From: Podarcis muralis
Lineage: Eukaryota
NCBI RefSeq assembly: GCF_964188315.1
Contig: NC_135667.1
Span: 22,816,001-22,880,000 of the forward strand
Direction of reading: 5' to 3'
DNA: 64,000 bases
Part shown: piece after piece, positions 61,154 through 64,000 of the stretch
Layout of the letters: each line of letters starts with the position of its first letter
Position numbering within the stretch: the stretch's first letter is position 1
The notes under the pieces: model-generated
Databases searched by the model: none
Seen by the model: only the letters and a program-made list of their open reading frames with translations
Told to the model about the DNA's origin: nothing
Translations under genes and position numbers: made by a program

Positions 61154-62576
61154 TTATTTCCCCCTCCTTATTAAATGCTCCCTATTGTTTAGCTCAGGTC
61201 TCAAAATAATGATGTAGCATTTGGGGAAGAAAATAGAACTCAGTAATCCAGCACCAGAGCACAAAATAGAGAAGATCTCCACAGCCACCATGTATTTTCC
61301 TTTAGCGCTAAGATAAGTTGGAACAAAAGACAGCCAAACAGTACAAAAGACCAGCATGCTGAAAGTGATAAATTTGGCTTCATTGAAACTGTCGGGTAAC
61401 TTTCTGGCAAAGAAAGCCACAGTGAAGCTGATAATTGCCAGAAAGCCTGTGTAGCCCAAGACACAGTAAAACATGGCAGCTGAACCCTCATTACATAGCA
61501 CTATGATTTCCCCATTTACAGAGCTCATGTCTGTATCTGGGAATGGAGGAGAAGAAATCAGCCAAACCATGCAAATGACTATTTCAATAAATGAACCAGA
61601 AAGGACAATTGAATATGCCAGTCTTTTCCCTACCCATTTTCTTATTCCAGATCCTGGTTGTGTAGCCATGAATGCTAGAACCACAGTGATGGTTTTTGCC
61701 AACACACAGGAAAGGGAGGTTGAGAAGACAACACCAAAAGCCATTTGTCGGAGAAGGCAGGTCAGCTGTGCAGGCTGCCCAATGAACAGCAAGGCACAGA
61801 GGAAGCAAAGTAGAAGTGAGCAGAGGAGGATATAGGTGAGGGTTCGGTTGTTAGCTTTGGCAATTGGAGTGTCCTGGTGCTGCCAAAAGGCTCCAAGGAT
61901 TAAAGCTGTGATCACAGAGAAGTAAATGGCCAACACAGTAAGCAAAATTCCTAAAGGTTCTTTATAAGAGAGGTAGCTTAGAATTCGGGGAATGCATTGG
62001 TTTTGATCTTTGTTAGGATATTTGTCTGCTAGACATTTCATGCAGGCATCCATGTCTGAAAGAAAGGAAAGGGCTTTTTAAGTATTCCACAATTTTTATA
62101 CATGATCTAATAAAAAGGAACCCCATACTGTCATAATCTGAAACAAGTGCAGTTGAATTGCCACCTGCTTCAATATAGGGATTGGTGAATACATCTCTGC
62201 AATTAGCAGCAATTAGGTTTTCTTAACTGTTCCATTACTTTCCAACCTCTGTTCTACTCCCCCCCCCCAATACTGCTGCTACTGTTACTACTGCTGCTAA
62301 TAATAATAATCTATAACACTGCACGGTCTTCTGAAAGTTGAGGAAAAGGAGGGAGAAGGATGAATGTAAAGGTAAACTGGAGAATTATATGCATTCAATA
62401 AATTGACACATAGAAACTTGGACAACCTATATTCCTTTACTTATCATACCCTTCTGGCCAGATATCATTCCTTCTGGACATGGAGCACAATCATAACAAC
62501 AAAATTTTTCTCCTTCCTTCTTTTTCCGACTGAAGCCAGGATAGCAATTGTCATTGCACACCGAAAGGGGCAGCAC
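61154..62576 (-). CDS. Vomeronasal type-2 receptor V2R-F, partial (exons 5 and 6; upstream exons off the right edge)
   Basis: Exon 5 at 62450-62576 ([42 protein letters not shown]) and exon 6 at 61154-62055 (7[21 protein letters not shown]). GT-AG, open frame. Confidence 0.88.
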
Positions 62577-62795
62577 CTGACCACAAAAACGGAAAGCAGA
62601 TTAGTATTTTTTAAAAATGGTTTGCAAGAGAGCAGCTCTTGACATTGAATGATAAGATCACTGAGTTTATTGTGTGTTCCTCGTTTGAAACAGACTAAGC
62701 ATTTTCATGAATGATTGTTTTAATATGGTTTATAGAAAAACATTGATCAATGGGGCTGTGCCCTCCTCTGAACTTCGCTTGTTCTTCATGAATAA

Positions 62796-63589
62796 TGTTG
62801 TCACTTTGCAAATGGGATCCTCTTTAATGAGGGTCCTGGTTGTGCACAAGCCCCTGAGACAACCCCCGCCAGCTTGAAGGTGGTGGCATGGCCCAGGCCT
62901 TGTCTGTATGGCCCCACAATCACACCAGGCTCGTTTGAGCCAATCAGTGCAGGTAGTATGATTGGTGGGGGCCTATAAGAGCGGCAGCTTGACGTGGTTC
63001 AGACACTTGCTTCGTGCTACCAGGCACCTGCCCTCCCGTCCCTATTTGTAGGTGTTGCTGCTTTGGCCTTGCTTCGGATATTGGTTGGTCGCCTGTTTTG
63101 GATCAGGGGCTGGGTAGGAATTTTTCCATTTGGCAAATTGGCACTGGCCGCTTGGTTTTTGCCTACTCCCTTAGCAATCGTCACAACTTTGTAAGGCTTG
63201 GCGGTTAGGCATTGGCTTAATGAATGTGGGAGGGGAGCTGCGGCCATCACCTGCCCCTCCATGAATAAGGGTATTCTGGTAAAGGAATCTGGGGGTCCTG
63301 GATCTGGTCCGAAGTCTGCTTGAAGGGCTAGGGCCATGCCAGGAGCACAGGAACCCCAGGGTGAGCTTTGGTTGATCTTCATCTATGTTGCTCCCTCGTT
63401 TGGTGTTTACCCTTTCAGAATACCAAAGGAGTCAGTTATAGTCTGTTGCCAATGCACTCCAATACCATTCACTTTGCTGTAATCAATAAAGTTGTGGCCT
63501 AAATTTTGCCCATTAACTTAAACCAAAATTACGTGTCAGTGTGAAGTTATTTACTTGGGGAAAGGCTTGGGGGCCTCGGGGAGCAACCA
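62796..63589 (+). mobile_element. LTR-like sequence in V2R-F intron 4 (boundaries uncertain)
   Basis: TG start and CA end, CCAAT (~62940), TATAAG (~62974) and AATAAA (~63485) in LTR order, GC-richer than the flanks. No TSD found. Confidence 0.35.
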
Positions 63590-64000
63590 GTCTGATTTTT
63601 TTGAAGGAGATGCTGTGCATATAGCTTTGAGGAGATATCTAACAAACTAAGTGGCCAAAGGTTGTTGTGGATTCTTCCTGTCCCTTTTCTTATAACTTGA
63701 GAAAATGATACTCATTTTCTAACCAGAGGGCATTTGGCCAGTGTTGTTTATGGTGGTAAATGAGCCCATCAGGATAAGTATCCACTCTTCCATGTATTCC
63801 CTATAGGACTCAGGAGGAAGCATATCTTCTCCAGAAAATTCATTTTATTTCGGGCCTGAAATAAGGGCCTTTACAGGAGACTGGTTACACACTACAGGTG
63901 CATGTGATTTCCCAGAATGCTCACCAAATATATTGGATAAATATTTCACCCAATCAGGGGCAGAAATCATGGCTTACTATGATGTTCTCACTTTGTTTAA

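Overview
Eukaryotic, AT-rich vertebrate DNA, almost certainly a squamate reptile (Sauria SINEs, Bov-B, CR1/L2 LINEs, large V2R expansion; possibly a lacertid lizard, which is inference). The window is a minus-strand tandem array of vomeronasal type-2 receptor genes (V2R, class C GPCR). It holds five complete six-exon genes with open frames and canonical GT-AG junctions (V2R-A to E, 874-881 aa by my hand splice), the last two exons of a sixth gene (V2R-F), two isolated first exons at the left end, a disabled orphan exon 6 and a ~155 bp exon-6 tail relic. Introns and spacers carry CR1, L2, Bov-B, Sauria SINE, Tc1/mariner MITEs, a solo LTR and microsatellites. There are two N gaps. The most notable non-routine signals are: (1) two unrelated long palindromic insertions whose arms each spell a minimal hammerhead-ribozyme core with a palindromic stem III (Penelope-like), one with intact cores inside a V2R intron; (2) an O/E(EBF)-like motif 218-247 bp upstream of all seven first-exon ATGs; (3) two intact first exons in tandem with no gene body between them. 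All coordinates were read by hand and no database searches were run.
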